Part shown: one piece after another, positions 25,222 to 39,200 of the stretch | How positions within the stretch are numbered: the stretch's first letter is position 1 | How the letters are laid out: each line of letters starts with the position of its first letter | Notes under the pieces: generated by a model | Seen by the model: the letters and a program-made list of their open reading frames with translations, nothing else | Told to the model about the DNA's origin: nothing | The model's database searches: none | Assembly (NCBI GenBank): GCA_000708835.1 | Contig: DF237202.1 | Coordinates: 1 to 64,000 of the forward strand | DNA: 64,000 nucleotides | Reading direction: 5' to 3' | From: Klebsormidium nitens | Taxonomy: Eukaryota; Plantae; Klebsormidiophyceae | Position numbers and translations under genes: made by a program

Positions 25222-28200
25222 ATGGCGCGCAATACTTACACGTTTCTGTGTGTCCTCGTCATGGCGGCAGCCCTCACCAGCTCAGGTGAGTCTTGCTAGA
25301 TCTGTTTTGTGCTCGTTTTCAACCTATACAATCCATTAAGAACCAGCGTTTTATCTACGTTGAGTTTCTCTGGCACAAAGGATTCTCGAACTACTGCTGA
25401 AGAGTCCTTTGACTGCTGCTTTGAGTTGCGTCACTAAAAGGATTTTGGAATGGCGTGTTGAACAAAAGCAACCGCTGTCTTCTCACATCAGTTACACAAT
25501 GAACAGCTTCGATATCAGATCGGAAGTCGACTGGTGCTTGCACAAAGTCTCAAGGGTGCTTCTGCGACTTGCTCCATGTTTGTCCAGAAATACATCCGCA
25601 AATGTAGTATGCATCAGCAGATCTCTAGCTTCATTGCGGCATCCAACCTACACTGAGCTTTTTGTCAGTTGCTTCTGACCAATGTACTAGCAGTCTGCTC
25701 TCTATTTCCAGTCTCTTACCCTGTCATCAGATAGTCCAACAGCTCAAACAGCTTCTTTATATCGCCTCAAATGCTCCCTAGGTCCGCACTTGCTCCTTGC
25801 TTTCATCAGGACGTCAGCCTGATTCCCCTCTGGTGACTTTCAAGACCGCTTTTGCTGACGTCATCTCCCCTCCTGCAGTGATGGCCCGCCCCCTGGTGGA
25901 CGACTTTCAAAGGAGCTCAAGCAGGAACCGGGTGCTAGTCGGTGAGAAAGCTGAATTTCGACTATTGCTTTAAAGTTGCAAGTAATTATAACGTTTATGG
26001 GTTTAGGAACAAAGGCAGCTGAGCCAGAAGGAGGGGGTTCGATTAGAGGCAGACTGCAGCTTCGCTCAAAGAAAGACAAAAATCGCCTATGAGTTTGACT
26101 TTGTTTGAGAATTGGGGCTCTTGTGATTGCGAAGCAGGGCTTGAGAGGTTTGGGCAGGGGGTCGACGCTTTCTCGGCAAAAGGGTTTGGTCAGCTGAAAT
26201 AATGAACGATGGAATGATGAAAGTTGGAAGCTTCAGGTCAGCTTTGCCAAGATAGTACCAAGCAAAAGGTTTGCTGCTGGAATCTGTTCACTTTCTTTTG
26301 ATTGTCAATGCCCCAGACTTGGGAATAGCTGATGTTCCTGCAAACAACCTGGAAAAGTCACCGACGAGAGCATCACAAACCGAATGCCAAAAGAAGCTCG
26401 AAGCAGCTGCAGTAGTCCACCAAAAGCATCGAGCTTCGAACCAGCACAACAGTTTGATCAAAGTCAGAAACATTACAAGCGAAGCACCAGAAGCATTTTC
26501 TAACTCTTTTCTCCTTGTCTTCTTTTCAGAGGGCCCTGTTTCCGCTCCTTCCATTGCCCCAACCGACGCCCCCGCTCCAACCGACGCCCCCGCCCCCATG
26601 ACAGACGCCCCCGCACCGTCCGTTGGTCCGACCGACGCACCTGGACCGTCCGATGAACCGGCCAGCGCACCTGGACCGTCCGATGAATCGACCAGCGCAC
26701 CTGGACCGTCCGATGAGCCGACCAGCGCACCTGGACCGTCCGATGAGCCGCTCCCGGTCTCAACCATGTTCCTCAACATCGCCCCCGGTCCCGCCGTTAT
26801 GGACCCGACCGTCGCCCCGGGGCCTGGAAGCGTCATCATTACGTCATCCAACGAAACCGCCGCTGCGCCCGAGTCCACCCTCCCGCCGGAGGCCTACCAG
26901 TCCGTTCCGCCCGTCACCAACGGAACGGCCAACGGAACGGTGGCCCCTGTGCCCGGCGGCCCCGCCACGCAGGCGAACACGACAGCGTCCGAGAACGTGA
27001 CGTCACCCGATGCGTCGCCCATGCCTATGGCGGTACCCACCGCTCCCTTGCCCGAATACTCCGCAACCACGTGGTGCGGAACCCTGGAGTGCCTCCAAAC
27101 CGCTATGGTCGTCGCGCAGGTAAGCTATGCCCAACCGCTCAACCGCTGTTCGAATCCTTCGGATTTAGCTCGGAACAGTTTCTCCGACCTTAAAATGGCA
27201 CGCTTGGTCTGACAAAGACAACCACTTCTACTCCTACTTCTTTGAGAAGTTCCTGCAAGCACCGTTTGGGAATATGTTTCTGCTCTAACCTGTGCAATCT
27301 TTCACAGCGGACGAATTCCTATCCCCCCTTGAGAAACAAAAAAGGTTGTGTCTCGCGTCTTATGCCTGACATTGCTCTCAGAAAGGCCTTCGCGGCAGTT
27401 CCCGCTTTGGCAACCCGTTACCCACAAACTCGTTCGGCCGACCAGTAGCAACAGCTCCCTGCAACCCTTTCGCAAACCAAGAATTGAGGAATCAAAAGCG
27501 AACGGACCTTCCTGCCTCTTCTATCAAAATGTTGAGTTCGGACTTGCTCCCTTTTTGTCCCGAAACTGTTAATGCTAGCCCGATCTCAATCCAAAGCAGA
27601 ATCAAACCAGAGATTATGCTTTGCAGAGCAACAACAACTCCATCATTTACGTCACCGACAACATCGACATGACCGGCCAAACCCTCCCGGCGGTCACTAA
27701 CTACCTCGAGGTTATGGGTAACTGCCCCGACGGCTGCTGCTGGATCGACGCGCACCAGCTGAGCCAGGTCTTCGTGGTGACGTCAGCGGGGCACTTTACG
27801 TCACACATGCTGGAGATCCGCAACGGAAAGGCGGCCGGGTGCGGAGGCGCCGTGTGGGTTTCGGAGGGTGCCAAGGCCGGGTTCTTTGACACCAAGTTCA
27901 ACAACAATTCGGCACAGGTGAGGGTTTGGTTGGGGAAAACGTTCATGAACGAAGCAAAGCAGTTGAGCTCTATCGAATCACGAGGTCGCTTTGCTCTTAT
28001 TGGGCTGAATCTAAGCTTCTTTTGCATGTTGTTTGTGATAACATCGAGCGTGAGTGCTGAGTCTGCCGCTGAAGCGCTCGGGGTGGGACGTGGACAAGTG
28101 ATCTTGCGTCAGGAAGCTTGCAGAAGGATGAGAATGAAGTTTTCTGAATTGAGAACCCGCTTTCTTCTGCTACCTAGATCACCAATTCTATCACTATCGT

Positions 28201-31200
28201 TGAAGCCGCATACCGCTTCCCTAACTGCAAAAATTTACTTTCAGATTACTTCAGCTTGAGACCAATTCTCGCTGCTCATTTCCAGCCCCAGCCCATAGAA
28301 ACATAGAAACCTCAGGCCGTCAAATTGCTTTAAACATCAGTCAAAGCTTTTTCTTTCCAGTAAGAAGCCCTGCAATCTCAAATCGCTAAACCGTCGAACC
28401 TCTTGCGCAGACTGGTGGCGCCGTGTGCTTCGACAAGAACACGAGCGGTTACTTCAAGGGCGGCAGTTTCAAGGGTGACGTGGCGTCAACAAACGGTGGT
28501 GACGTGTACGTCGAGACGGGTGCTTGCGTCACCTTCACGAACGTCAACTTCCGGATGTCGTTTGCCGACAAGGGCGGCGCCGTTTACGCCAACACGAACG
28601 GTTCCGTTGACGTCGGGTACAGCTTCTTCGACCGGAACGCCGCAACGGTGAGATTTCTCGCCTTTATAAGCGCTGGTTTTCATGCAAGCAAGTGATGTGA
28701 TCACCTTTAACTAGTTATAAGTCGTATGATGCGATGCAGGAAAAGAGTGAAAGAAACCAGACCTAGTCATACTCAAGAGGTAGAGTGAGGCGTGAGTCGC
28801 ATACAGCGATGTGATTGTAAGATGCAAAGAGCGTTGAGGAGTGACGAGTGTTCAAAGTGAAGAGTTTTGCCTGCAATAATCAGTGCTAGAAGAACGACAG
28901 GCCAGAGAGATACTTTGGACACAGAATCCGACAGAAAAGATATCCGGAGACGAATTTTCTGCTTTGAAATCCCAATGGGCGCTGATAAGTGTCGCTTTTT
29001 CAACAGACCGCGGGTGGCGCGATCGCGGCAGCAACCGGCTCCACTGTCAGCGTCGAGTTCACCCAGTTCGCTGGCAACACAGCCCCGGTAAGTTCCCCCG
29101 GTTGCAGTAGTCGGAAACTTTGAGCCTGCTCCCGTCTTTAGAAGTAAGAGTTGTTTCTCCCGGCCAACGGATCGAACAGGTGCAGCAGCAGCATTGCGGC
29201 TGCTTTGCAAACATTCGCAGCTTTCGCGAGTCCGAGTGAGCAATCAACACAACCAGTGACAATGCGTTTGTCGTCGGAGGATTCTCAAGGGGTCTTCGTT
29301 TGCGCCTTGAAATAAATGCCTGTCACTGTAAGTATTCGGAGGCTGCTTTGAATTCTAGGAGTCGTTTGTACCGTCGGCTGCGTCTGCAATGAAGCTTCTA
29401 AGATGAGACTTCCCTTCGGATTGCGGCCTTGGAAGTGTTCCTTTTAAACATTTTACTAACCCCCAGATATGTGCGAACGCAGACCGGAGCCGACGCGGCT
29501 CTCGAGGCGGGTGTCACAAATTCGTTCTACAAGGATACGTTCACCGCTGCCGGCACAGTTGTGAACGGCAACGTTTGCGATACGCCAACTGGTGAGCTTC
29601 AGGACTCCTTCGATGAGTCCCTTCGGTTCTTCTCCTCTCAGGACTGACCAAAAACCAACAGCTGTCGAAACAGAGTTTCTACATTTAACCACGATTGAAC
29701 ATCTCGCTTGTCGGTATTGCATGTCTGACGTTTCCACCTCTCGTTTCAGGCCACTCAATGAAAGAAGTTACAGATCAGATTGCTGAAGAAACTCCTTCAG
29801 ACATAGCGAGTCCTCTACTCTTCAAAGTCCAAGTCCTCGACCTCTCGATGAAAGACCTCATGAACTCATGAACCATCACTGAACCTCGTTCTTTCCGCCC
29901 TCCTGCACCACTTTCTCTCCGAAGCCCAAGTCCCTGACTTGGCGAACGAAGACATCATAAGTCCGCGGACCCCTTACTAACCTCTTCCTTAATGTTCCCC
30001 TGCAGCCACGTGCCGGTACCTCGCCCCGGTCTGTACCTGGATCCCCAACGACTGCAACATGCCCTTGACCCCGTTCCCGGTTCCCCAGCCGTCTCCTTCC
30101 CCCGCCTCTTCCCCGGTTCCTTCTCCGTCTCCCGCCGCCCCGTCGCCGCAACCGTCCAACTCTCCGGCAGTCCCCTCTCCCTCCCCCTCCCCCCGGTCAT
30201 CGCCCATGACGTCACCTTCCGGCTCGCCCCTGGCGTCACCTCTTCCGTCAGCTTCTAGCTCCCCCCGGGCGTCTCCTGTTGCTTCCCCGGTCGCTTCACC
30301 GATCCCGTCACCGGTTGCTTCACCGTCCAGCTCCCCCAGGGCGTCACCAATTGCGTCACCGGTAGCGTCACCCCTTCCGTCACCTTCTAGCTCGCCCCGG
30401 GCGTCTCCCGTAGCTTCACCGATCCCGTCACCGATCCCGTCACCTTCCAGCTCCCCCCGGGCGTCTCCCGTAGCGTCACCGATCCCGTCGCCGCTTCCGT
30501 CACCGGTCGCTTCACCGGTTCCGTCACCTTCTAGCTCCCCCCGGGCGTCTCCCGTTGCATCACCAATCCCGTCACCGGTCGCTTCTCCGGTTGCGTCACC
30601 AACTGCGTCCCCTTCCAGCTCCCCCCGGGCGTCTCCCGTCCCGTCACCAATCCCGTCTCCGTCAGCTTCGCCTAGACCTTCCCCTGTCGCGTCGCCGAGC
30701 GCGTCGCCGGCCGCGTCGCCGGCTGCGCCATCTCAGTCACCAGTGGCGTCACCGCTCCCGTCACCTTCCCGCTCCCCGGTCGCTTCTCCTGGGCCCTCGA
30801 GCTCCCCCCGAGCGTCACCAATTGCGTCACCGATTGCCTCACCAATCCCGTCACCTCTGCCGTCCCCCTCCGCCTCTCCCCTCCCCTCGGCGCTGCCCTC
30901 CCCCTCGAGCTCGCCCGTGACGTCACCCCTGCCGTCAGCGAGCCCCTCCTCGCGCCCCTCCCCCTCGCTGATGACGTCACCGGTTCCATCTGCTTCCGCC
31001 TCTCCCGCCCCCGTCCCCAGCCCATCTGCATCGCCAAAGGCGCCGGTTTCGTCTACCGGCCCCCCGGCCGTCATCCAGGAAATAACCCCGACGCCAACCA
31101 CGACACTAACCCCGACTAACCCCCCGGTTACCGCTGCCCCGGTCACTCTTCCTCCGGTCACGGCTGCCCCGGTCACTCTTCCTCCCGTCACCAAGCCCCC

Positions 31201-33895
31201 CAAAACGCCGTCCCCTACCGTGCAAATCCAGGGCGTTCCCACCACTTCACCCCCCACAACTTCCGCGCCTTCGACATCGCCCCCAACCGAAATCCCTTGC
31301 GATACCCCGGCAGCTGCTCCGGTTGCTCAGCCAACGCCCGCCCCCTCCGCATCGCCTATCCCCTCTCCATCACCTATCCCCTCAGCCTCGCCGTCGCCCG
31401 TCCCGTCGGCGTCCCCATCGGCAATGCCTTCGTCATCGCCTATGCCCTCTCCCTCCGCATCGCCTATCCCCTCTCCTTCAGCATCTCCTCTCCCATCTCC
31501 GTCCGCATCTGCTCTCCCCTCACCATCACCTATGCCCTCCCCTTCCTTATCTCCTGTCCCATCTCCTTCCGCCCAACCATCCCCGTCCCCTCTCCCCAGC
31601 CAATCGCCAATTCCCTCCCCCTCTGCCATTCCCTCCCCATCTCCCTCCCCCCTGCCATCGCCTATCCCCTCCCCATCACCTATCCACAAGCCCGTCCCCA
31701 CTTCCGGTCCCGGGGGAACCCCCCAAGGCGGCCCTGTCGACGAGCCTACCCCCGCCCCGACTACCCCCGGGGGGATCCCCCAAGCTACCCCCGCTCCTGT
31801 TCCGTCCGCGCCCGTTCCGTGCGAAAGCGGAAGCGGAACGTCTGTGAAGGGCGACCCCCATCTGGTCGGGAAGCACGGCGAGCGGTTTGATTTCATGGGC
31901 GAAGCGGGCAGGGACTACTGCCTGGTCGCCGACAAGAGGGTGCACGCCAACATGCACGTGTTCGCCGGGCGGAGGGAAGGAACCACCGTAAGTCGTCGCA
32001 ATCCCGAGCTCGTTCCGCTCCTTTGCTGTCTGCGAAGTGTGATTGAAGTCTTAGCTTGTTCGTGACTTTGAGCTTTCTGCAAGCTCAGTCGAACCAAGGT
32101 TTTGGTTGGCAAGATAACTTCTGGATCCCATCGAATTTGCAGTTACCGGTGCCGTCGCAGATCAAGTGGATTAAAGTGGTGTGGACAGAGAATCTTTGCT
32201 GAACATGTATATCCTGACTACTTAGAATGCGCGCAGCTTTACACGCAGCCTTATTTGGACCTCAGCTATGATACACCATACGCTTACGAGGAGAACCTAG
32301 GAAAGTGAAGTTCGAGGCTATATAGACCCTAGATTCAAAAGAAGGAAAAGAAGAGCGGAAAGAAGATTATAACGAGAATTGGGCTGACTGCCAAATTCTT
32401 CCCCTGCAGTACATCTCGGAGATCGGTCTGCTGGTGGACTCCGACGAGATCTTCGTTTCCGCCAAGTCCGCGGATTCCGCCGCCTGGAAGGACTTCCACG
32501 GAATGGTCCTCGTGAACGGGATCGAGCTCCCGCTCTCTGACGTCAGCATGGCGCTCGCGAACGGGCTCACGATCACACGTGGCAAGACGAGCGTCAGGGT
32601 TGCTAAGGCGGGCGTCCTTGACGTCACCATGGATATTGCGCGCGCGTCTTTCTGGGAGAACGGCCCAGGCCAGAACTTCGTAAGTTATACTTTTTTTTCC
32701 AGTCTTCCTTCCGCTTAGTATCGGAAGTCTCTGACCCGATCACCGCACCCGATCCACAAAAACCACCGTGAGAAGAAGACACGACTTTCTTGCGCACAGC
32801 GCTTATGCCCTTGGCAAGTCCGCTTAATCCAAATTCAGCAAACTATGGGCTAAGGTCAGAATTTGGGGCTTCACTGTAGTGGATGTAAAGGGGAGGCGTA
32901 CTCAGAACAGGTTTGGGATGCTACAACACTTCCTCAAGACCTCAAATACCCACCATGTCGTTTGCTTAACGAAGTAATCTCGTTAGGGAGAAAGTTTAGT
33001 AACTCCTGACTCGCAAAAGCGGATAAAAGCAAAGATTCGTAAACCCCAGTTTGCTCCAAAACTCGACTCTTAACCACTTTCTGGGCGCCACTTGCAGATC
33101 AACTTTAAGGTGACGTCACTCAACGTCAGCCCCGCCGTCCACGGAGTGCTCGGGCAGACGTACCGGGAGGATGAGCGGACGTACAAGAAGCTCGCCCACG
33201 GAACGGAATTCAAGAAGCTGCGGAACAACGGAATGCCGTATTACGTCGATGGCGAGGAGTCGGACTACCTGTCATCAGGTGAGGGTGTGAATAGGATCAC
33301 GAGGAGCCCGTTTTGCCTGACAGGAATGGCTTAGTTGGAGGACCGTTGGGGGAAGTTCCCATAACGAGAACGTAATTTTGGAAAGATTGCTCAATAAAGT
33401 GGGTCTCGGACCATTACTAAATGTGAGTACTTGATTACTGCTAAGAGTTTCTGGATTCTAATAGCTTCGCTGCTCATTGCTGTTGACCTCGAAAAACATA
33501 TACTCAAGATTCTTTGCCATTCAGCGGACTTTCTGAAGCCTGTCTATTTTAATGTCACAACCTGGCTGGACTTGCGCCAAGTATCTTCTCTAGCTCGTTC
33601 GTGAATAGAAACGAAACCGCCGCACACAGCCAACCGGTCCTCTTGCCGTTGGTTGTGCCTGACTGAGGGATCTCACGGCAAACTCAAAATGTTTGAGTAA
33701 GCAAAAGCCGGCATTCTTTGTTGTCCCCCGGTCGCTTACCTTCTCCTCTTTTCCGCCCCAGGTATCATGGCTGCGGACTGCAATTTCGCCCGGTTCGCTC
33801 CTCAGGGGCCCAAGGCTTCGACCGGGGCAAGAAAGATGCTGTCATCCGAGGAGGCGACACTCACGGTTAAGGGCTCTGGTTTCGGTGACTTCTAG
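25222..33895 (+). CDS. Large secreted hydroxyproline-rich glycoprotein-like protein: signal peptide, Ala/Pro arm, GGA-repeat beta-helix-like domain, SP-rich rod, root-cap-type C-terminal domain
   Basis: 11 exons: 25222-25285, 25879-25941, 26530-27119, 27627-27917, 28411-28647, 29007-29087, 29483-29591, 30006-31987, 32410-32679, 33098-33278, 33762-33895 (TAG), phases consistent. Signal peptide MARNTYTFLCVLVMAAALTSS; repeats GGAVW, GGAVC, GGAVY, GGAIA with FxxN; C-terminal GDPHLVGKHGERFDFMG..DYCLVAD..VHANMH, HGVLGQTY and DCNFARF match the plant root-cap/LEA-related domain as recalled. Confidence 0.88.
26572..26750 (+). repeat. Coding tandem repeats (PTDAPA and 30-nt SAPGPSDEPT units)
   Basis: gcacctggaccgtccgatga occurs four times at 30-nt spacing (26637-26746). 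Confidence 0.9.
30080..31690 (+). repeat. Coding Ser/Pro-rich repeats (SPVASPIPSP, SPSSSPRASP, SPSASP)
   Basis: Visible directly in the 668-aa ORF; interrupted by a Thr/Pro linker at ~31070-31320. Confidence 0.9.
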
Positions 33896-34813
33896 ACGGA
33901 GAAAACAAAGCCTTGCACGTCGAAGCCAAGGAAAACCCAAATACTGACCCAACGGCTCCACTTACGGCCAATTCTTGACACGGTCACTAAAACCCCGGAC
34001 GTTCAGTGAAGGAAAGACAAGTCGACAGTACAGTAGACGGTGATTGACCATATTCTGGTGCTTCATTTGAGGTATCAAATAGATTCCGACATTTTTGGAA
34101 GGTATGTGGTATCCTAACAGGAGCTGTAGGTGTTGTAACTTATAACAGACTGGCACTGTTGGTGCTCGACCGAACAGGATTGAACATCATAGGGGTCGAT
34201 CGAAGAAAGGGCCGAATCGTATTTTGAGGTAGAGAAACTCCCACAGAGAAAATAGCGTACGGTCTCTTCCGCACAAATATGTGTAGAGGGTTCACGAAGT
34301 AGGCACTGACATCAACGCCTTGTTGGTGCACAATAGAATCGAAGTAGGATCACACAAACTTCGGACTGTTTCACTGCTACACAAATTAACCTGAGAGACG
34401 CCCCGCCGATTGCCGACGACTTCGACGTTCATTGATGTTTATGCACCACGGTAGTCACTAGATGCGACAATCCGACTCATCAGCTTAAGTATCAGCTCTG
34501 AAATGTTGCCTGGATACTTGTGAAAGGCGCATATCTTGCTGACATTCAACAGTATGCATATGCGGAAGCTCACTACGGATCACAATCCATTGGCCCATGT
34601 GGCGTACACGCCGCCCTTATCATTTGTAGGTAGAGTAGGACAAGAGCACCGGATTCAATGATGCCATACAAGTTTCAACAAGCATTGAATTGGTCAACAT
34701 TACCGGATGTTTGAAGCTAGCTGGTTTGCATACGAGCCGCCTAGCATGTTAAACTCTTGCATGATATTGAAGTTCATGCAATTTGTCCGCCGTAAGGTAA
34801 CTAATCCCGTGTA

Positions 34814-35129
34814 GGGGACTTTTTGCTATGAAGCTCTTGGCCGCGCGAGCTCACGGTTAGCTGACGCGTGTCCAGTACCCTGATTGACCTTACGCCGATC
34901 GCACGGTCAAAATTTGACTCAAAAATGAAGTCGCCGTCGATCGGAACTTAGTCAAACCTCCGTACTTCAATTTCCGGAATTTTCGGAGGCTGAACCTGAC
35001 GGTCGAATTAACCGAGTACCGTCGATCGAAATTTGCACGAATTTGAACCCGATCGCGACGGTCGGAAGTTGGACACGCGTCAGCTAGCTAGGCTACTGTC
35101 AGGCCGAGAGCTTCATAGCAAAAAGCCCC
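34814..35129. mobile_element. MITE-like non-autonomous element (~315 bp) with nested inverted repeats
   Basis: Left end ggggactttttgctatgaagctcttggcc pairs with right end ggccgagagcttcatagcaaaaagcccc (~28 bp, one mismatch and one indel). Inner perfect 17-bp inverted repeat tagctgacgcgtgtcca / tggacacgcgtcagcta. No coding capacity and no clear target-site duplication. Confidence 0.72.
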
Positions 35130-36238
35130 CAGCCCATGCCTTAGCTTAGTTTTCTTATGGTCACGTACAATGTACGCAAGTGCATATGCAGCAAGCTGAT
35201 CGCTACTAACTAACACCGTCACACACTTGCATAAACGTATACCTTAAAATCATTTAAAGTCGCGCGGCAGTGAAACAGCTTACAATATATGCCAGGATTT
35301 TGCCCAGCTAAGTACTCCACTAGCACTTAAACACATTATATATATCGGACTTCGAAGCCGTCAATATACGAAACTGAGAGCTGCCTGCCGACTCGATTGA
35401 TAGAGTTCCTCATGCAGCAATGATGCATATCAAACGAACGGCCGCCGCGCTGATCAAACATAATCGATATGGTAGAGAATTGACTGCATGTCTCCCTTAC
35501 CGTCACTCATATTTCAAGTTTGATTAAACCCCCAAAGTTGGCCCGGCCCTGTACAATCGCCGCCGGCACTGCCGATTCCTGGTGCATGCAACCAAGCATT
35601 GTACATGCACAAGTACATGACGTGCAAGTAACGATTCGCGCTCACAAGTGTTATGAAGAGCACAGAACCATACCGGCCCGTCTATAGGCCACAGGATCGG
35701 ATCGTCCAACGACGAAGCCATTGCTCGCTCTGGCCGGCTCACGGTCGGAGTGGGTTCACAAGCAAGCCAGGCGTGCCAAGTCCCGGCCTAGCCTTGATGT
35801 CACTAGCTATGCATTCGCTTTCACATGCGTCAGCGAACCAAACGGTTGTATAATCCAAAGCCGGCAACTATTTGCAGACCCTACAAAACTTCCAAAACTC
35901 GGCTTACATAAACACTGGTGCCTTTCTTGTATCTTTTGCTCAATTGTTGCTGATTCGAAATTTGTCGGTACTAGGCCCAACAGACCACTATAATCAAGTA
36001 TCCCCCTTTACCAGAGAGTTCTAGGTTGCATTTGCATATTTGGTAAAAGGAAACTAACCGAATGTCGGAGCTTTCATGTTCCTGCCGTCCACCTTGGCGA
36101 AGTCAAAGCGAAAACGCTAAACGGACCTACTTGACGACCGCGACGCTCCTCCCTTTGCCATATCAACACGGAGCTTGCAATAACAACGGACTACATAACC
36201 AAGCCCGGCAAATTTCAAATACAGTCTATCTGATTGTT

Positions 36239-39200
36239 TCAAACCCCTCCAAAAGGAGGTAGCTTCGCCAGCTGGGTGCTGACGATCTCATGTACGTCCA
36301 CCCGATGGAAACGGATGATGAAGTTGACGTCTTCCCACAAGAACGCGAAGTTGCCATTCTTTTCCACCAACAACTGCCCGGGTACCCACTGCATGCAGAG
36401 AACAAGGTCAGAGGGTTGTTCTTATCTCGGAAAACCAGATTTCCAATTTACAAAACGGCGTTAATTAAAGTGGGCGTCAAATTTCAAAGCCGGGAAATGC
36501 ACACTAGTGAGTCTGAGTCCCTAGGAGAGCCTCGAGAAGGCCAACTCTGAGCCGTCCGATAGATTCAACTTGGACGTTCAAACCGTCCGATGTCCAGGTG
36601 CACTCGCGAGTGCATACGCCCACTTTAAAGCTGACCGATGTGAAACGACAAAAGAAACGCCACTTTCGCAAAAAGAGTGGACGGTTGGAAGTTGGCGATT
36701 CAGAGGAGACGCAGGTCAAACAGACACGGGTCAGCTTATATATGAAGTAGGGTTCCACATTCTCGAGCCCTTTCCGACGCAGCCGTCCTCCACATATCGG
36801 AGAGTAAAGAAAGGCCAAGCAGTACGATACGTTCCTGACTGCCGTGATTAATCAACAGACATCTCGAGCTGACCCTCAAACATTTTGGAACGATCAAGCA
36901 ACATTTCTGGCTTAACAATCCACAACAGAGCCTCCATCCAAGCCAATTGCAATCGGCAGGTGTGCTGCAGGGGACAGCAGACTGGAAACGAGCGGATCCG
37001 CATCAAATGCATGTCTCGTGGCGCCAAACGGTCGATATCTCATCTACGAAAAAGCATGCAGGCTGGTCAACTGTAGGCAGGAGAAGTTGCCGCACCTGGG
37101 GGTACCGGAAACCATAACCTGCAACGCGCCCGTAGCCACGATACCTGCAAAAAGGACAGTAGCAGTTCGTGATCAGAAGCAATTTGAGGCGGACGTTCCA
37201 ATTAAGAACGTCGAGACGGGTTAACTTCAACAGAGTTTCCGGCCCTAGTTAAGAATGTGAAGACGGGTTCGCTCCAACACGGATACTGGCGAGTTGGGTT
37301 AGGAGCACTGGCGCTTGGACTTCCGCACGAGCTTTGGTTGTAGAGGGGAGACAACGGGTCTCTGCAATTGTCGAAACTCGTGATTTGCCAACGACTATTT
37401 GAGATTTGACACGTGTCGAGTATGAACTGACTGCCGAATGCAGGAAAATGGGAACCCGCTAAGTAGCAGACTGAAGAAGCTACAAAGGGGAGCTTGCAAT
37501 GAAAGAAACCTGGTCGAGAAGAAGCGCAGCCAGTAAGGCTAACCGAACATGAAAGGCAGGCAATTGATAGAGAAACCAAACGCACAGAAGACCATTGGAG
37601 AAGACAATAAGCAGACAAAGCACTAGGAAGGGGTTAAAGGAGCTGATGTCAGATGCAATGGAAAGAAGCACGGCATTCTTAGGGGATTAGGGGAATGGGA
37701 GAAGATCGAAGGCAAAGGAAGGGCGGGAGAGAGACACGCACAACGGCTAGGAAGTTGGGACCGCATCTGAAGAAGTAGAGGTCAAAACCAGACAAAGGCA
37801 AAACCAAACGAAAGGATCACGTATAGACAAAGAGAGACGAAAAACTGAAAGGGAGAGGAGGAAGGCACAGAAACACGGCACACGAGAGACGAGCTTGAGG
37901 TGGGGAGAAGGGAACATCTGCGAAGAAAGTCACGGAGAAAGAGGGGCTACAAAAAAAAGAAGAGCACTGCGCACCTCTTCACAATGTTCTGCTCGATCTC
38001 CTCCCACTCGACGTCCAGTGAGTTGGTCACCACTTCCCCTGGGAGCGTAGTCGTCCGCTCGGACTCCAGCTTCACTTGGAACGACACCTCGCCGCACGGC
38101 ACGTTGGGATCGCCTGCCAGAGAAAGGAGCGGGATCAGCTTGACACTTTTTGATCAGATATTCACTCGAAAACTCAACATCTGCAATGCTCTTCGTAAGA
38201 AGGGATGAGCTTAACACTTTTGATCATACATTCACTCAGCAACTCAATATCTGCAATGCTCTTCGTAAGGCCGGCTTCAGCCGCGCTTATTGCTCACATA
38301 TGCTTCAAGACCAGGCTGAAATCATTTGTTCTTTTGCTCCTTGGGAAACGAAAGTCAGCGCCCCCTGGCTAGATCTTTCTTTTCCTACGGGCACTCCAAT
38401 CCACAACCCTGACGTCCGCAAAGAATTCGCTCCTCGTTGTAAACACGAAAAGAATGAATTCAGAATTAAGAACGATCGAGAAGGACAAATGATTGAGGTG
38501 CGCTCTCACCCAGCATCTTTGTGGCCGTTATCCGGTTATCATCAGTGTACGTGACCAACAAAATCTCCCGCCCGTGCGGCCCGTAGACCCCGCTCCACAG
38601 CCCCGCCAACTCCTGAACCTTGCTGGGCTCTGGCACCGCTATTTTCTTGTACGTCGACAAAGGAACGACGGTGCGCCCCGGCAGTTGCTCTGTAGGGCAG
38701 CCTGGAGAAAAAGCAGCATCACAAATGTTTCGTCTTCAACTTTTTCTGTTTGCCTTTTCCTTCGCCTTTTCCTTTTTCTGGAGAAAGGTCGAAGGGAAAG
38801 AAGCAACCTGTGGACTACAATTTCAACAGCGACCTTCTTGTACGTTGACAGGGGGACGCCGGTGCGCCCCGGCAGGTGCTCTGCTGGGCAGCCTGGAGAA
38901 TAAACAGCCATTCTCGCACGTTGAAAGCGGCCATTTTCCTTCTTTTTGCTGGGGAGGTCGATTGGAGGAAGGTTTTTGAAAAGAAGAAACAAGTGGAAAC
39001 GGGATGTCAACTGCAACCTTCTTGTACGTCAACAGGGGGACGACCATGCGCCCTGGCAGTTACTATGCTGGGCAGCCTGGAGAAAGAGAAACAACCATTA
39101 TTTTACCCATTTTTCTTTCTCATGAGCGTGTTGAATCTGGAGAAAGAAAGTCAACGGAAAAGAAGGAATCAACGCAAATGCGGTTGATAACTGCAACCTT

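Noticed and set aside
26288-27000. Alternate-frame and antisense ORFs over the APGPSDEP repeats
   Set aside because: They are shadows of exon 3 of the cell-wall gene. The 26271 start of the + ORF is intronic; the real exon starts at 26530.
27145-27165. GTTCGAATCC T-loop-like motif
   Set aside because: No cloverleaf can be folded around it. I found no tRNA, rRNA or snRNA in the window.
30555-31957. Several long ORFs encoding GDGEG-rich, His/Arg-rich or Pro/Leu-rich peptides
   Set aside because: They are antisense and alternate-frame shadows of the SP-repeat exon.
36290-37224. Three short + ORFs
   Set aside because: They are antisense to the last exons and intron of the F-box gene.
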